A stretch of DNA of 64,000 nt from Candidatus Cloacimonadota bacterium (GCA_018334695.1 JAGXLO010000001.1:7551-71550); one strand, 5' to 3'; counted from the stretch's first letter, positions 1-12,481 are shown. Numbers and translations are program-made. Notes: generated from the sequence alone by a model not told the origin.

Positions 1-1
1 A

Positions 2-178
2 GTCAAAAATAAACTGCAAAATAAGGGTATTGTTACTTATTCTGCCAAAAAGAAAACTTTGGTTGAAGAATCGCCGGATACATACAAGGATGTAAATCAA
101 GTAGTGGATGCAGTTGATAAAGCCGGCTTGGCTAAAAAAGTAGTTAGAACAAGACCGCTTGGTGTTCTAAAGGGTTGA
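2..178 (+). CDS. rtcB: RNA-splicing ligase RtcB, C-terminal fragment (5' end outside window)
   Basis: The frame-2 translation ends ...VVDAVDKAGLAKKVVRTRPLGVLKG*. This matches the conserved RtcB C-terminal tail (…RLRPIG.IKG). An archease gene follows immediately, which is the usual partnership. Confidence 0.6.
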   Translation, partial: VKNKLQNKGIVTYSAKKKTLVEESPDTYKDVNQVVDAVDKAGLAKKVVRTRPLGVLKG

Positions 179-197
179 TAACCTGGGTCATTGTACT

Positions 198-617
198 GTG
201 TCATACAAATTATTGGATCACACGGCAGATTTAAGGGTCAAATTCTCTGGAAATATAAAAAAGAATTTATTAAAAAATAGTGCAATTGCTCTCTCTGAAA
301 TAATTTTCGAAATCAAACAAAATGATGTATGTATTGATAATAGTAAAAAACTAAATCTCAAACTGGAAGAAGCTGAATTTTCGGAATTATATATAGACTT
401 TCTAAGAGAAATATTATTTAGAATTAACTCATCTCAATTTTATTTTATTGATTTTAATTTTAAAAAAATAACCAGTACTAACCTGGAAGCAGTATGTTTT
501 TATGTTGAACAAGATATCTCGAATCTAAAAAATGAAATCAAAGCAGTTACCTATAATGAATTAAAAATAACAGAAAATAAGGAAGGTTGGAGTGCAAAAG
601 TTACGTTTGATATATAA
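198..617 (+). CDS. archease (RtcB activator/chaperone)
   Basis: 139-aa protein. The N-terminal motif LDHTADLRVKFSG matches the archease signature (..EHTADxxx). The size and the position directly after rtcB fit. Confidence 0.7.
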   Translation: MSYKLLDHTADLRVKFSGNIKKNLLKNSAIALSEIIFEIKQNDVCIDNSKKLNLKLEEAEFSELYIDFLREILFRINSSQFYFIDFNFKKITSTNLEAVCFYVEQDISNLKNEIKAVTYNELKITENKEGWSAKVTFDI

Positions 618-1377
618 ATTTTCTTTGATTGTTGTTATGTTATTGCTTCTGCTAGTTCTTGATTTATCTGCCGGAAAATTTGAATTAACATTTATTTCTG
701 ATTCTTTGCAAAGTGCTGTTCTGTCGGAAAATAGCAAGGCTGACTCTACTGTATTAGAACTAAAAGACAAAATCAACTCCGATATTATTTTTTACGAAAG
801 TAAGAATTTGAATTTAGATACCTCATCGACTTCCGGATATTATTTTTTCTCTCCCGAAATTTTTTCTTCAGGGGCTGATTCGATTAATCAATACAATTTA
901 AACAAAAGAATTATTGCATCAAATGTAAAAATTATCAATGATTCTTTATCCATTGCGGTTTATGATAAAAAAATTGTTGAAATTGATGATTCCACGCGAA
1001 TTGGTTTATTTGGGATTGTTACCCCTGACTTTTCTATATTATATCCTGATAAAGCAAATAATTGTGCTTTTAGATTAGACATACTGGAGTGCACCAAGGA
1101 GGTAATAGATGAATTCAAGCAAGATAGTGTTAATATTATTTTAGCTTTTAATTTTTTGGATGAATATCTAAATTACCAATTATTAAAAAACAATTCCGAA
1201 CTCAATTTTATCTTTGATATTTTTACAAAGGGCACAAAAGATTATTCTGAAAGAGCAATTTTAAAGGAAAGATTGAAAAATTTATACTTCTCGGATTTTT
1301 TATTAAAAAAATTTACCTTCTATTATTCACATAAACCAAGTTTTGTTATTGATTCATTAAAAATAAGTAAAAATTAA
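592..1377 (+). CDS. hypothetical secreted protein (signal peptide)
   Basis: 261-aa ORF with an N-terminal hydrophobic signal-like segment (LIVVMLLLLLVLDLSAGK). It overlaps the archease stop by 26 nt, so the true start may lie further downstream. I do not recognise a family. Confidence 0.4.
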   Translation: MQKLRLIYKFSLIVVMLLLLLVLDLSAGKFELTFISDSLQSAVLSENSKADSTVLELKDKINSDIIFYESKNLNLDTSSTSGYYFFSPEIFSSGADSINQYNLNKRIIASNVKIINDSLSIAVYDKKIVEIDDSTRIGLFGIVTPDFSILYPDKANNCAFRLDILECTKEVIDEFKQDSVNIILAFNFLDEYLNYQLLKNNSELNFIFDIFTKGTKDYSERAILKERLKNLYFSDFLLKKFTFYYSHKPSFVIDSLKISKN

Positions 1378-1615
1378 CCTTAATATTCACTTTTAAAACT
1401 TTTATAAATTTTAGATTTACTTATATAATTTTTCCCGCGTAGAAGTCTGTATATATTTTTCAAAATTTTAATAAAAAAATAATAAGCAATTTGTGTCTTT
1501 TTACCACATTAAAGCATTTATAACTCACTATAAAACCTAATGATTAAAAAGATTGACACCATTTTAGGTTGAAAATAATTTTAGTAAAAATATTCAATAA
1601 TTATGGAGGAATTTA

Positions 1616-3667
1616 ATGAAGAAATTTCCTATGGAAAGTATAAGAAATTACGCCTTGATCGGAGCAAGTGGATCAGGTAAAACTACTCTTTCAGAGACCA
1701 TGTTATTCAATGCTGGACAAATTACCAGAGTTGGAAAAGTTGAAAGTGGAAACACCGTAATGGATTATACAGAAGAAGAAAAAGACAAAAAAATGTCACT
1801 TAGATTAACTGTGGGTAATTTTGAATGGAATGAAACAAAACACAATATTATAGATTCACCTGGTTATAGTGATTTTAAAGGAGACATGGCTTCCGGTTTG
1901 CGAGCCGTAGAAACAGCCTTGATACTTATTGAAGCTGTAAATGGACCAGAAGTGATGACAGATTTTGCTGTGGATTATGCCGAAAGATTAAATAACGCTC
2001 AATCTATCCTGATCAATAAAATGGATAGAGAAAATGCCAAGTACGAAGAGATTATTGATCAAGTGACTAAGCTTTATGACAAATTAACAGTTCCTGTGCT
2101 CATACCCATAGGGAAGGGTGCTGGCTTTAAAGGAGTTATCAATACAATTACAAAGGAAGCTTTCATCAATGGTAAAGAAGCAAATATACCGGATGATCTT
2201 GCAGATAAGCTGGAAGAATATCATGAGAGTGTAATTGAAGCAGCTGCTGAGTCTGATGATGCACTTATGGAGAAGTTTTTTGAAAAAGGTTCTCTAACTC
2301 CGGAAGAGATTCATGATGGGCTAAAAAAATCGTTTGCCGAAGGAAATATTATTCCAATTATGTGTTGCTCAACTACTGCAAATATTGGAGTAAAACAGGT
2401 CATGAATATGATCAATGATATTTTTCCCACGCCCAAAGATAAGCCTGTAATCAAAGTAGAAAAAGACGGTGAAACTAAAGAATTAGACCTAAATGAATAT
2501 GATAAACCGCTTGGCTTTGTCTTGAAAACTTTTTATGTGCCAAATCAAGGTGATATCTCGGTAATTCGTTTATTCTCCGGTTCTTTTACTACTGGTGACG
2601 AGTTTGAAATCTTAGATTCACAAACTAAGAATAAAGTCGGTCAAATGTATTATATTATCGGTAAAAAAAGGGAAGATGCAGATGTAATATCTGCAGGTGA
2701 CTTTGGTGGATTAGTAAAAATCAAAAATTCCCAGACAAACTCTACAATTGGCGCAAAGGGTGAAAAATTAATTATAAGACCATTTGATTATCCTGATAGT
2801 GTCTACTGGAAGGCAATCAAGCCGCAAAGTCAATCAGATGAAGACAAGATAGGACCTGCTCTTTCCAAAATAATTGGTGAGGATCCATCCATACATCTAG
2901 AATATGATGACGAAACTCAGCAAAGTATTCTGGCGGGACAGGGAGATACCCAGATTAATCTGGTTCAAAATAAATTGAAGAATAGTTACAATATTGACGC
3001 AAAATTATCAAAACCAAGAATTCCGTATAAAGAGACAATTCAAGCTAAAGCCAAAGCCAGATATCGTCATAAAAAACAAACTGGCGGACACGGTGAATAT
3101 GGTGAAGTCTACATCAAAATAGCACCCCAAAAAAGAGGTGAAGGTTTTGAATTTATAGATTCAATCGTAGGTGGAGTAATTCCCAGTAAATTTATACCAG
3201 CTGTAGAAAAAGGCCTTGTAGAAACTTTAAAACAGGGAATCGTTGCAGGATATCCCGGAGATGATATTAGCGCAGAACTATATGATGGTAGTTTTCATGA
3301 TGTTGACTCCTCTGAAAAAGCTTTTAAAGTAGCTGCTCGTAAAGCCTTGCAGGATGCTTTCCAAAAGGCAAAACCTGTACTGCTAGAACCCATCCATAAG
3401 ATCAAAATTGTAGTGCCTACCGAAAGTATGGGCGATGTTATGGGTAATATTAGTAGTATTAGAGGTAGAATTCTGGGCATGACTCAGGATGGTAATAACC
3501 AGGTTATAAATGCCGAGCTACCTCTTTCGGAGCTCTATGATTACTATTCAACCCTTAAATCTTTAACCCAAGGTAAAGGATACTTCTCTCAAGAATTTGG
3601 CTATTATCAAAAACTGCCTGGTGATTTAGCCGAACAAGTTATTCAAGAAAGTAAAAAGGAAGAATAG
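1616..3667 (+). CDS. elongation factor G family GTPase, divergent paralog
   Basis: 683 aa. GGAGG sits 7 nt upstream. The N-terminal G domain is present: a GASGSGKTT P-loop, DSPGYSDF in place of the G3 DTPGHVDF, and NKMD as G4. EF-G-specific domain IV/V blocks are also present (YRHKKQTGGHGEYGEVYIKI, GGVIPSKFIPAVEKGL). Confidence 0.8.
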   Translation: MKKFPMESIRNYALIGASGSGKTTLSETMLFNAGQITRVGKVESGNTVMDYTEEEKDKKMSLRLTVGNFEWNETKHNIIDSPGYSDFKGDMASGLRAVETALILIEAVNGPEVMTDFAVDYAERLNNAQSILINKMDRENAKYEEIIDQVTKLYDKLTVPVLIPIGKGAGFKGVINTITKEAFINGKEANIPDDLADKLEEYHESVIEAAAESDDALMEKFFEKGSLTPEEIHDGLKKSFAEGNIIPIMCCSTTANIGVKQVMNMINDIFPTPKDKPVIKVEKDGETKELDLNEYDKPLGFVLKTFYVPNQGDISVIRLFSGSFTTGDEFEILDSQTKNKVGQMYYIIGKKREDADVISAGDFGGLVKIKNSQTNSTIGAKGEKLIIRPFDYPDSVYWKAIKPQSQSDEDKIGPALSKIIGEDPSIHLEYDDETQQSILAGQGDTQINLVQNKLKNSYNIDAKLSKPRIPYKETIQAKAKARYRHKKQTGGHGEYGEVYIKIAPQKRGEGFEFIDSIVGGVIPSKFIPAVEKGLVETLKQGIVAGYPGDDISAELYDGSFHDVDSSEKAFKVAARKALQDAFQKAKPVLLEPIHKIKIVVPTESMGDVMGNISSIRGRILGMTQDGNNQVINAELPLSELYDYYSTLKSLTQGKGYFSQEFGYYQKLPGDLAEQVIQESKKEE

Positions 3668-3687
3668 CTCATAGTTAAGGAGGACAA

Positions 3688-4443
3688 ATGTCAGGTCACA
3701 ATAAGTGGAGCTCCATAAAGCACAAAAAAAGTAAAGAAGATGCTAAACGTGGTAAGATTTTTACTAAAATCATTCGCGAGATTACTGTGGCTGCCCGAGA
3801 ACATGGTGGCGATCCGGAAACAAATCCTGATCTGCGAAATGCTATTTCCAAAGCTCAAACTGCCAATATGCCCAAAGAGAATATTGAAAGGGCTGTTAAA
3901 AAAGGTACTGGTGAACTTGAAGGTGTTAATTACGAGCCCTTTTTATACGAAGGTTATGCACCTGGTGGCGTTGCACTAATGATAGAAGGTTTAACTGATA
4001 ACAGTAAACGAACAGTTTCTGAAATAAGACATATACTCTCCTCTTATAATGGTAATTTGGCAGAAAAAGGTGCTGTTGCCTGGAATTTTAATCGAGTAGG
4101 CTCCATTATGATTAAAAAAGATAGTATTGATGAAGATGAATTAATGATGTTAGCCCTGGAAGCCGGAGCCGAAAATATGGAAACTGAAGATGAATTTTAT
4201 ATTCTTTCTACAAAATCTACTGAAATGCATGATGTCACTGCAGCACTGGAAAAAGAGGGTATTAAAATCGAAAAAGCACAATTAATCTATAAACCCAAAA
4301 ATACAGTTCCTGCTAATGATAAAGCCCAAATAATTATAAATGTTATTAACGATCTTGAAGATTTGGACGATGTTCAAGATGTATATGCAAATTTTGATAT
4401 TGATGATGAAGTCCTGGAGCAAGTAGCCAGTAATGAAGGGTGA
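3688..4443 (+). CDS. yebC: YebC/PmpR family DNA-binding transcriptional regulator
   Basis: MSGHNKWSSIKHKK...GKIFTKIIREITVAAREHGGDPETNPDLRNAI is the hallmark YebC/TACO1 N-terminus. It is 251 aa and lies upstream of ruvC-ruvA, the classic arrangement. Confidence 0.85.
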   Translation: MSGHNKWSSIKHKKSKEDAKRGKIFTKIIREITVAAREHGGDPETNPDLRNAISKAQTANMPKENIERAVKKGTGELEGVNYEPFLYEGYAPGGVALMIEGLTDNSKRTVSEIRHILSSYNGNLAEKGAVAWNFNRVGSIMIKKDSIDEDELMMLALEAGAENMETEDEFYILSTKSTEMHDVTAALEKEGIKIEKAQLIYKPKNTVPANDKAQIIINVINDLEDLDDVQDVYANFDIDDEVLEQVASNEG

Positions 4444-4456
4444 CGAAATTGTCATA

Positions 4457-4930
4457 ATGGGAATCGATCCAGGTTCTCTGATTACCGGTTATGCTATTCT
4501 TAAAGCCAATAGTTCAAAAATACTTCCTATAACTTATGGTAATATCAAAACTTCCAGCAAAAATGATTTGCAAAAACGAATCTACAAAATTCATACAGAA
4601 GTTGATAAAATTATAAATCAATATAATCCAGACCAGTGCAGCCTCGAGAAGATCTTTTATGCAAAAAATGTGCGCTCGGTATTATCACTGGGTGAAGCAC
4701 GCGGTGCTATACTCATTTCTCTGGAACAAAACAAAATACCAACATATGAATACACACCCCGCAAAATTAAGAAATCTGTAGTAGGCAATGGTAGAGCTTC
4801 CAAAAAACAGGTGCAATATATGGTCAACGCTATTCTGAATACCAAAATCGATAAAAAATCATCCTATGATATTTCTGATGCATTAGCTATTGGAATCTGC
4901 CATTATAATAAAATTAAACCTAATCTTTAA
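4457..4930 (+). CDS. ruvC: crossover junction endodeoxyribonuclease RuvC
   Basis: MGIDPGSLITGYAIL has the RuvC N-terminal catalytic-Asp motif. The ORF track starts it at 4433, but an internal Met gives the canonical MGIDPG start. ruvA follows. Confidence 0.85.
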   Translation: MGIDPGSLITGYAILKANSSKILPITYGNIKTSSKNDLQKRIYKIHTEVDKIINQYNPDQCSLEKIFYAKNVRSVLSLGEARGAILISLEQNKIPTYEYTPRKIKKSVVGNGRASKKQVQYMVNAILNTKIDKKSSYDISDALAIGICHYNKIKPNL

Positions 4931-4932
4931 TT

Positions 4933-5532
4933 ATGTTTGAATATATCCAAGGAAAAATTACAGAGAAAAAAACCACATTTGTCGTGATTGAAATTAATGG
5001 TCTGGGTTTTAAGATAAATATTCCGGTTACAACTTTCGATAAAATTGGAGATGTAAACAGTAAATGCAAACTTTTCACATATCTCGATGTCAAAGAGACT
5101 GATTTAACACTGTATGGCTTCTATTCGGCACTGCAAAGAGAAGTTTTTGAAGCTTTAATTAAAGTCTCAGGCATTGGAGCAAAAATAGCAATCTCAATAC
5201 TTTCTGGACTTTCTATAGAGAATCTGGTCAGCTCCATCGCTGACAAGGATGTCACTATGCTTACCGGTATTCCTGGAATCGGAAAAAAAACAGCACAAAG
5301 ACTGATAGTGGAGTTAAAAGACAGCTTTGCCGACCTCGCTCTTAGAAGCGAAGCCAGAATCACTGTTTCTCCTGAAAATAAAAGTATGATTAAAGATGCT
5401 GAACATGCTTTAATATCACTGGGTTATAATCGCAGAAAAGTTAAGCAGGGTATACAAAACTTCCTTAAAAACCAAAAGCCCACAAGTTCAGAAGCAATTG
5501 TTAAAAATGTTATTAAATCTATGCATAAATAA
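4933..5532 (+). CDS. ruvA: Holliday junction DNA helicase subunit RuvA
   Basis: 199 aa. MFEYIQGKI...GLGFKINIP shows an OB-fold N-terminus, and IPGIGKKTAQRLIVELK is the helix-hairpin-helix motif typical of RuvA. Confidence 0.85.
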   Translation: MFEYIQGKITEKKTTFVVIEINGLGFKINIPVTTFDKIGDVNSKCKLFTYLDVKETDLTLYGFYSALQREVFEALIKVSGIGAKIAISILSGLSIENLVSSIADKDVTMLTGIPGIGKKTAQRLIVELKDSFADLALRSEARITVSPENKSMIKDAEHALISLGYNRRKVKQGIQNFLKNQKPTSSEAIVKNVIKSMHK

Positions 5533-5533
5533 T

Positions 5534-6844
5534 ATGAATGCCAGAGAACTTACCTTTAAAGCATTAAATAAAATCCTGATTAGTGGAGAAAATTCTGATA
5601 CCGTACTAAATAACACAACGGTAAAGATAAATATATCAAAACAAGAGAAAAATCTGCTTTATGCTTTAACAAAAGGTATAATCAAACGTAAATTGTATCT
5701 GGACTACATAATCAATTGGCTAAATCAAAATTTTGATTTTAAAATAAGTAGGAATAAGTTCAAAAATTTAATTCGACTGGGATTATATCAACTTATTTTC
5801 ATGAATTCTATCCCTGATTATGCAGCCGTAAATGAAACTGTAAATGTCTGCAGAAAGCTATATATTAGTAAATTGGCAAACAAACTTAATGCAATACTTA
5901 GGTTATATTTAAGAAAAAAGAATTTATTTAGACTTCCACAAGAAAAAATTAATAGAATGTCTGTTGAATATTCTTTCCCTGAATATCTTATTGAAAATTG
6001 GTTAGACCGATTAGGAGCGGAGGCTACAGAAGATCTTTGTAGCTATTTCAATAGAAATCCGAATTTGAATTTACATTTCTACGGCTCAGAGGTTGAATTT
6101 CAAGAATTTTTGAACTCCTTAAAACAGAATGAAATTGGCTTTTCTGTGAGTGATTATTTCCAGAACTCCGTAAAAATACATGATAATTTTGATTTTCGTT
6201 CTGACTATTATTTTGATAAAGGCAAATACTATATTCAAGATGAAAGCGCATTTTTGCCTGTAGAATTATTAGATGTTAATAATAAAGAGAGAATTTTAGA
6301 CTTGTGCGCTGCTCCCGGTGGTAAAACCTTTGATATTGCTAGCAAGACAAAAACTGCAATTTATGCAAATGATATTGACATGTACCGCCTTAATCTGCTC
6401 AAGGAAAATGCTAAGCGACTAAATTTTGATAATATTAAATTTTTAAATGTAGATGGAACTAATTATTCAACAGATGAAAAATTTGATAAAATATTATTAG
6501 ATGCGCCTTGCTCAGGCTATGGTGTAATTCAAAAAAAGCCTGAAATACGTTTAAAGTCTGAGGAAAATTATAAAAATTTACTTCCCAGGCAACAGAAGCT
6601 GCTGAAAAATTGCGCTCATTTATTAAAACCGGAAGGTGTAATTGTTTATTCTACCTGCACTATGAATATAGCGGAAAATCAAGACCAGATCAATAAGTTT
6701 TTGCAGCAACATGAAAATTTTTTTCTGGAAGATAGCGGAGATTATGTTGATGAATTTTTTGTTAATGACAAATTCATCGAGACACTACCACATATTCATA
6801 AAATGGATGGTTCTTTTGCAGCACGATTGAGGAAAAAATGTTAG
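5534..6844 (+). CDS. rsmB: 16S rRNA (cytosine-C5)-methyltransferase, RsmB/Sun family
   Basis: NusB-like N-terminal region, followed by the SAM-methyltransferase motifs DLCAAPGGKT and DAPCSGYGV with the catalytic Cys (STCT). The start is moved to the Met just after the ruvA stop. Confidence 0.8.
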   Translation: MNARELTFKALNKILISGENSDTVLNNTTVKINISKQEKNLLYALTKGIIKRKLYLDYIINWLNQNFDFKISRNKFKNLIRLGLYQLIFMNSIPDYAAVNETVNVCRKLYISKLANKLNAILRLYLRKKNLFRLPQEKINRMSVEYSFPEYLIENWLDRLGAEATEDLCSYFNRNPNLNLHFYGSEVEFQEFLNSLKQNEIGFSVSDYFQNSVKIHDNFDFRSDYYFDKGKYYIQDESAFLPVELLDVNNKERILDLCAAPGGKTFDIASKTKTAIYANDIDMYRLNLLKENAKRLNFDNIKFLNVDGTNYSTDEKFDKILLDAPCSGYGVIQKKPEIRLKSEENYKNLLPRQQKLLKNCAHLLKPEGVIVYSTCTMNIAENQDQINKFLQQHENFFLEDSGDYVDEFFVNDKFIETLPHIHKMDGSFAARLRKKC

Positions 6845-7425
6845 AAATTTTGAAAAAAATATTTTACGTGATCATCAGTTTTGTTATAATTTTTTTGCTG
6901 GGATTTGCTCTTTCTAAAACATTTTTGACGATATACACCCAACACGGAAATGAAGTAGTAGTTCCTGATCTCGTGAATAAGGATTACAAAGGCGCCAAGC
7001 ATAATCTTTATAAAAAAGGATTGTATATTGAGAAGGCAGGAGAGAGAAATAGCAGGGAAGTACTAAAAGGAAGTATAATAACCCAGGAACCAAAAGCAAA
7101 CTCTGTTGTAAAAGAGGGTTATACAATTGAAGTAATAATAAGTAAAGGGCCCGAATTGATCCCTGTTCCTACTCTTGATAATCTTACTCTGGATGAAGCT
7201 AAGATACGCTTGATTAATAGTGGTTTGGAAATTGGAAAAGTATCCTATTCGCTATCAGACAAGATTCCCCGCGGAAATGTGCTTTATAGCAGACCAAGAA
7301 GTGGAATAAAAACTCCCAAACTTTCCAAAGTCGATCTTATTATCAGTTTGGGTGATGTTAAAGAAAATATTAACGATAAAACCGATAAATATGATGACTT
7401 TTTAAATGGATTAAAAGATAACTAG
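6838..7425 (+). CDS. membrane-anchored PASTA-domain protein
   Basis: N-terminal transmembrane helix (VIISFVIIFLLGFAL) followed by two PASTA-like repeats (VVPDLVNKDYKGAKHNLYKKGL... and IPVPTLDNLTLDEAKIRLINSGLEIGKV). No kinase or PBP domain is attached. Confidence 0.6.
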   Translation: MLEILKKIFYVIISFVIIFLLGFALSKTFLTIYTQHGNEVVVPDLVNKDYKGAKHNLYKKGLYIEKAGERNSREVLKGSIITQEPKANSVVKEGYTIEVIISKGPELIPVPTLDNLTLDEAKIRLINSGLEIGKVSYSLSDKIPRGNVLYSRPRSGIKTPKLSKVDLIISLGDVKENINDKTDKYDDFLNGLKDN

Positions 7426-7441
7426 AAGACCGAGGTTATAA

Positions 7442-9340
<1,899 letters not shown>

Positions 9341-9366
9341 AACAAAAATATTAAGGATGGCATTAA

Positions 9367-11865
9367 ATGATACACGATAGATCAAGAATTGAAAACAAAG
9401 AGATAGAGGATGTTTTAACTAAAGCTTATCTGGAATATTCCATGAGTGTTATTACTTCTCGTGCATTACCCGATGCTAGAGATGGTCTTAAACCCTCTCA
9501 GAGAAGAATTTTGTTCGCAATGCATGAGCTAAAGCTTACTCCTGGAAAAAATTTCCGAAAATGTGCAAAAATCGCGGGTGATACATCTGGTAACTACCAT
9601 CCCCACGGCGAGCAAGTTATTTATCCTACACTGGTTAGAATGGCTCAACCGTGGAGCTTGCGTTATATGTTGGTAGATGGGCAAGGCAACTTTGGCTCAC
9701 AGGATGGAGACCCCCCTGCAGCTATGCGTTACACCGAAGCGCGACTGCAAAAAGCAGCTGTAGACTTGATGGCTGATATTAATAAAGATACAGTTGATTT
9801 TCAGTCTAACTATGACGATACAAGAGAAGAACCTTTGGTTTTCCCGTCCAAGTTCCCAAACCTGCTTGTTAACGGTGCTTCAGGCATAGCAGTAGGAATG
9901 GCTACTAATATTCCCCAACATAATGTAACAGAAGTTTGCGAAGGTATAAAAGCTCTTATTGATAACCCGGATATGGAACCTCTAGCTTTGATGGATTATA
10001 TAAAAGGTCCTGACTTCTGTACAGGCGGATACATCATTGGCAAAGGTGGAATAAAGGATTATTTCATATCTGGTCACGGAAAAGTTATTGTTAGAGGAAA
10101 AGTTGGTATAGAAACCAAGAACAATGGCTCAGAAATAATTGTAATTACTGAAATTCCCTATAAAATTAGCAAAACTCGACTGATCAATAAAATCGTTAAA
10201 TTGGTAAAAGGCGATAGAATAAAGGGAATTAGAGATATCAGAGATGAGTCCGGCAGACAGGGAATGCGTTTGGTTGTAAATGTTAAGAGAAATGCTAATG
10301 CACAAACTGTATTGAACAAACTCTATAAATATACTCGATTACAGACTTCATTTAATGTCAATAGTCGCGCGCTCGTTCATGGTGAACCAAAAATTTTATC
10401 AATGAAAAGCCTTTTGCAAAATTTTGTTGAGCACAGACATGAAGTAATAGTGCGCAAGACGAAGCATGAACTTGAGAAAGCAGAACATAGAATTCACATT
10501 CTCGAAGGCTACAGAATAGCTCTGGCAAATATAGATGCGGTAATTGCCACAATAAAAGCTGCTAACAGTACACAGGAAGCTAATGAAAACTTACAGGAAA
10601 AGTTTGGATTCACCGAGAAACAAGCAGAGGCAATACTCAGAATGCGCTTACGCAGGTTAACCGGACTAGAAAGAGACAAAATTGAAGCTGAATACAAAGA
10701 CCTGGTAAAACGTGCTGAAGAATTAAAACAAATTCTGGAAGTCAAAAGCCTGAGAATGAATATAATCAAAGATGAAATGGATGAAATAATCGATAAATAC
10801 GGTGATGCTCGCAGAACTCCCATTCTAACAGGGTCAGCAGATATTGAAACAGAAGATATGATAGCTGATGAAGAGATGGTGATCACTATTTCCAGACACG
10901 GATATATAAAGAGACTTCCTATCAATACTTACAGAAAACAAAGACGCGGTGGTAAGGGACTTACAGGTTCCAATTTAAAAGAAGAAGACTTTATTGAAAA
11001 TATTTTTATTGCCTCCACTCACTCCTATATTCTCTTCTTTACGAATAAGGGTAAATGCCATTGGTTAAAAGTGCACAAAATTCCTAAATTACGTAGAACA
11101 GCCCGTGGAAAGGCAATTGTAAACTTGCTGCAGATGGAAAGAAACGAAAAAATTAGAGCTTATCTATCTGTGAAAAACTTTGATGCTCCTCATTACGTTA
11201 CTATGGCTACAAAAAATGGCAGAATAAAGAAAAGTAAGCTAAGCGCATATTCACACCCCCGCTCTGGTGGAATTATCGCTATAAAAATGGTTGAGAACGA
11301 TCAACTTATCAGAGTACAAGTAACTGAAGGAGATAATCAAATTCTGCTTGCAACTAAATTCGGTTATGCAAATCGCTTTAAGGAAACAGATGTAAGACCT
11401 ATGGGCAGAAATTCACAAGGTGTTAAAGGAATCGAGCTTAGAGAAGGTGATGAAGTAGTTTCCATGGTTGTAGTAAAAAGACAGGGAACGATTCTATCTA
11501 TTACTGAAAATGGTTATGGCAAAAGAACCCCAATTAAGGACTATCGCTTAACCCGACGTGGAAGCAAGGGAATAATAACTATAAAAACTACAGAAAGAAA
11601 TGGCAATCTGGTTAAAGTGCAGGAAGTAGTTGATGATGATGATATCATACTGATAACAAATAATGGAAAAGTAATTCGACAACATGTAGATAAAATTTCA
11701 ATAATAAGCAGAAATACTCAGGGTGTAAGACTCATAACACTTAATGAAGGAGATAAACTTACAGATGTGGAAAGAGTAGTTCATGAAGAAGAAGTAGATG
11801 AAGAAGATGAAAAAGCTGATAGAGAAGATATAAATGCGGATGAGGAACAAGAAAATACGGAATAA
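9367..11865 (+). CDS. gyrA: DNA gyrase subunit A
   Basis: QRDR-like region ([23 protein letters not shown]) with the active-site Tyr region ([10 protein letters not shown]). C-terminal beta-pinwheel repeats and an acidic tail are present. 832 aa. Confidence 0.95.
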   Translation: MIHDRSRIENKEIEDVLTKAYLEYSMSVITSRALPDARDGLKPSQRRILFAMHELKLTPGKNFRKCAKIAGDTSGNYHPHGEQVIYPTLVRMAQPWSLRYMLVDGQGNFGSQDGDPPAAMRYTEARLQKAAVDLMADINKDTVDFQSNYDDTREEPLVFPSKFPNLLVNGASGIAVGMATNIPQHNVTEVCEGIKALIDNPDMEPLALMDYIKGPDFCTGGYIIGKGGIKDYFISGHGKVIVRGKVGIETKNNGSEIIVITEIPYKISKTRLINKIVKLVKGDRIKGIRDIRDESGRQGMRLVVNVKRNANAQTVLNKLYKYTRLQTSFNVNSRALVHGEPKILSMKSLLQNFVEHRHEVIVRKTKHELEKAEHRIHILEGYRIALANIDAVIATIKAANSTQEANENLQEKFGFTEKQAEAILRMRLRRLTGLERDKIEAEYKDLVKRAEELKQILEVKSLRMNIIKDEMDEIIDKYGDARRTPILTGSADIETEDMIADEEMVITISRHGYIKRLPINTYRKQRRGGKGLTGSNLKEEDFIENIFIASTHSYILFFTNKGKCHWLKVHKIPKLRRTARGKAIVNLLQMERNEKIRAYLSVKNFDAPHYVTMATKNGRIKKSKLSAYSHPRSGGIIAIKMVENDQLIRVQVTEGDNQILLATKFGYANRFKETDVRPMGRNSQGVKGIELREGDEVVSMVVVKRQGTILSITENGYGKRTPIKDYRLTRRGSKGIITIKTTERNGNLVKVQEVVDDDDIILITNNGKVIRQHVDKISIISRNTQGVRLITLNEGDKLTDVERVVHEEEVDEEDEKADREDINADEEQENTE

Positions 11866-12481
11866 TAGAAAAAAACTTAAAAAACAGGTAAATGTGGATA
11901 ATAAAAAATTTATACTAATATTTATCGCCATTTTATTTTTCCTAATGAGCTGCGCTACAAAAATTGTTCCTGTAAAGACTGATAAAATTGAAATTTCTGA
12001 TAACTTTGCCCTAATAAAAGAAAAAGATTACGATCTGGCTATACGACATAAGGAATGGAATCAAAACCCTAAAAATTTAAATACATATTTTGTTACTTTC
12101 TATGTTATTCTAAGAAATAAATCCGATAAAAAAATTGAACTGGATATGAATTCATTTAACCTGCTTGATTCCGAACAGGAACAGTACAGTTTATATACAT
12201 CTGATGAAGTTATTGATGTAGTCTATCCCTATAGAGATTACTTTGATGAAAAATATCCACTTATACCTAGAAGCCCCAATGAATTGCTGGATATAGAAGA
12301 TCAATTTCAGACCCGGGATACCGGTATAAAAAATATTAGATTTGATTCATTTACCTTTAACCATTTACTGCCCAACGCAACTAAAAGGGGTTATATCTTC
12401 TTTGAAGATTTTGAAATTGTTGAAAAAACCAACATCAAAATTATCTATAAGGATCATACAATAACATTCTGGGTTGAATAA
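11834..12481 (+). CDS. hypothetical lipoprotein
   Basis: Basic N-terminus followed by a hydrophobic segment and a lipobox-like FLMSC. It overlaps the gyrA end by 32 nt, so the start is uncertain. No family assigned. Confidence 0.4.
   Translation: MRMRNKKIRNNRKKLKKQVNVDNKKFILIFIAILFFLMSCATKIVPVKTDKIEISDNFALIKEKDYDLAIRHKEWNQNPKNLNTYFVTFYVILRNKSDKKIELDMNSFNLLDSEQEQYSLYTSDEVIDVVYPYRDYFDEKYPLIPRSPNELLDIEDQFQTRDTGIKNIRFDSFTFNHLLPNATKRGYIFFEDFEIVEKTNIKIIYKDHTITFWVE

Noticed and set aside
10509-10925. 138-aa antisense ORF inside gyrA, plus many similar nested minus-strand ORFs (3295-3480, 7870-8217, 18521-19192, 62619-63401 and others)
   Set aside because: All lie entirely within strongly supported genes on the opposite strand and have Ser/Ile/Phe-rich low-complexity translations with no motifs. 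These are shadow ORFs.
11698-11931. 77-aa minus-strand ORF at the gyrA 3' end ([14 protein letters not shown]...)
   Set aside because: It is antisense to the acidic tail of gyrA and the start of the lipoprotein gene. Its Phe/Ile-rich low-complexity translation has no SD.
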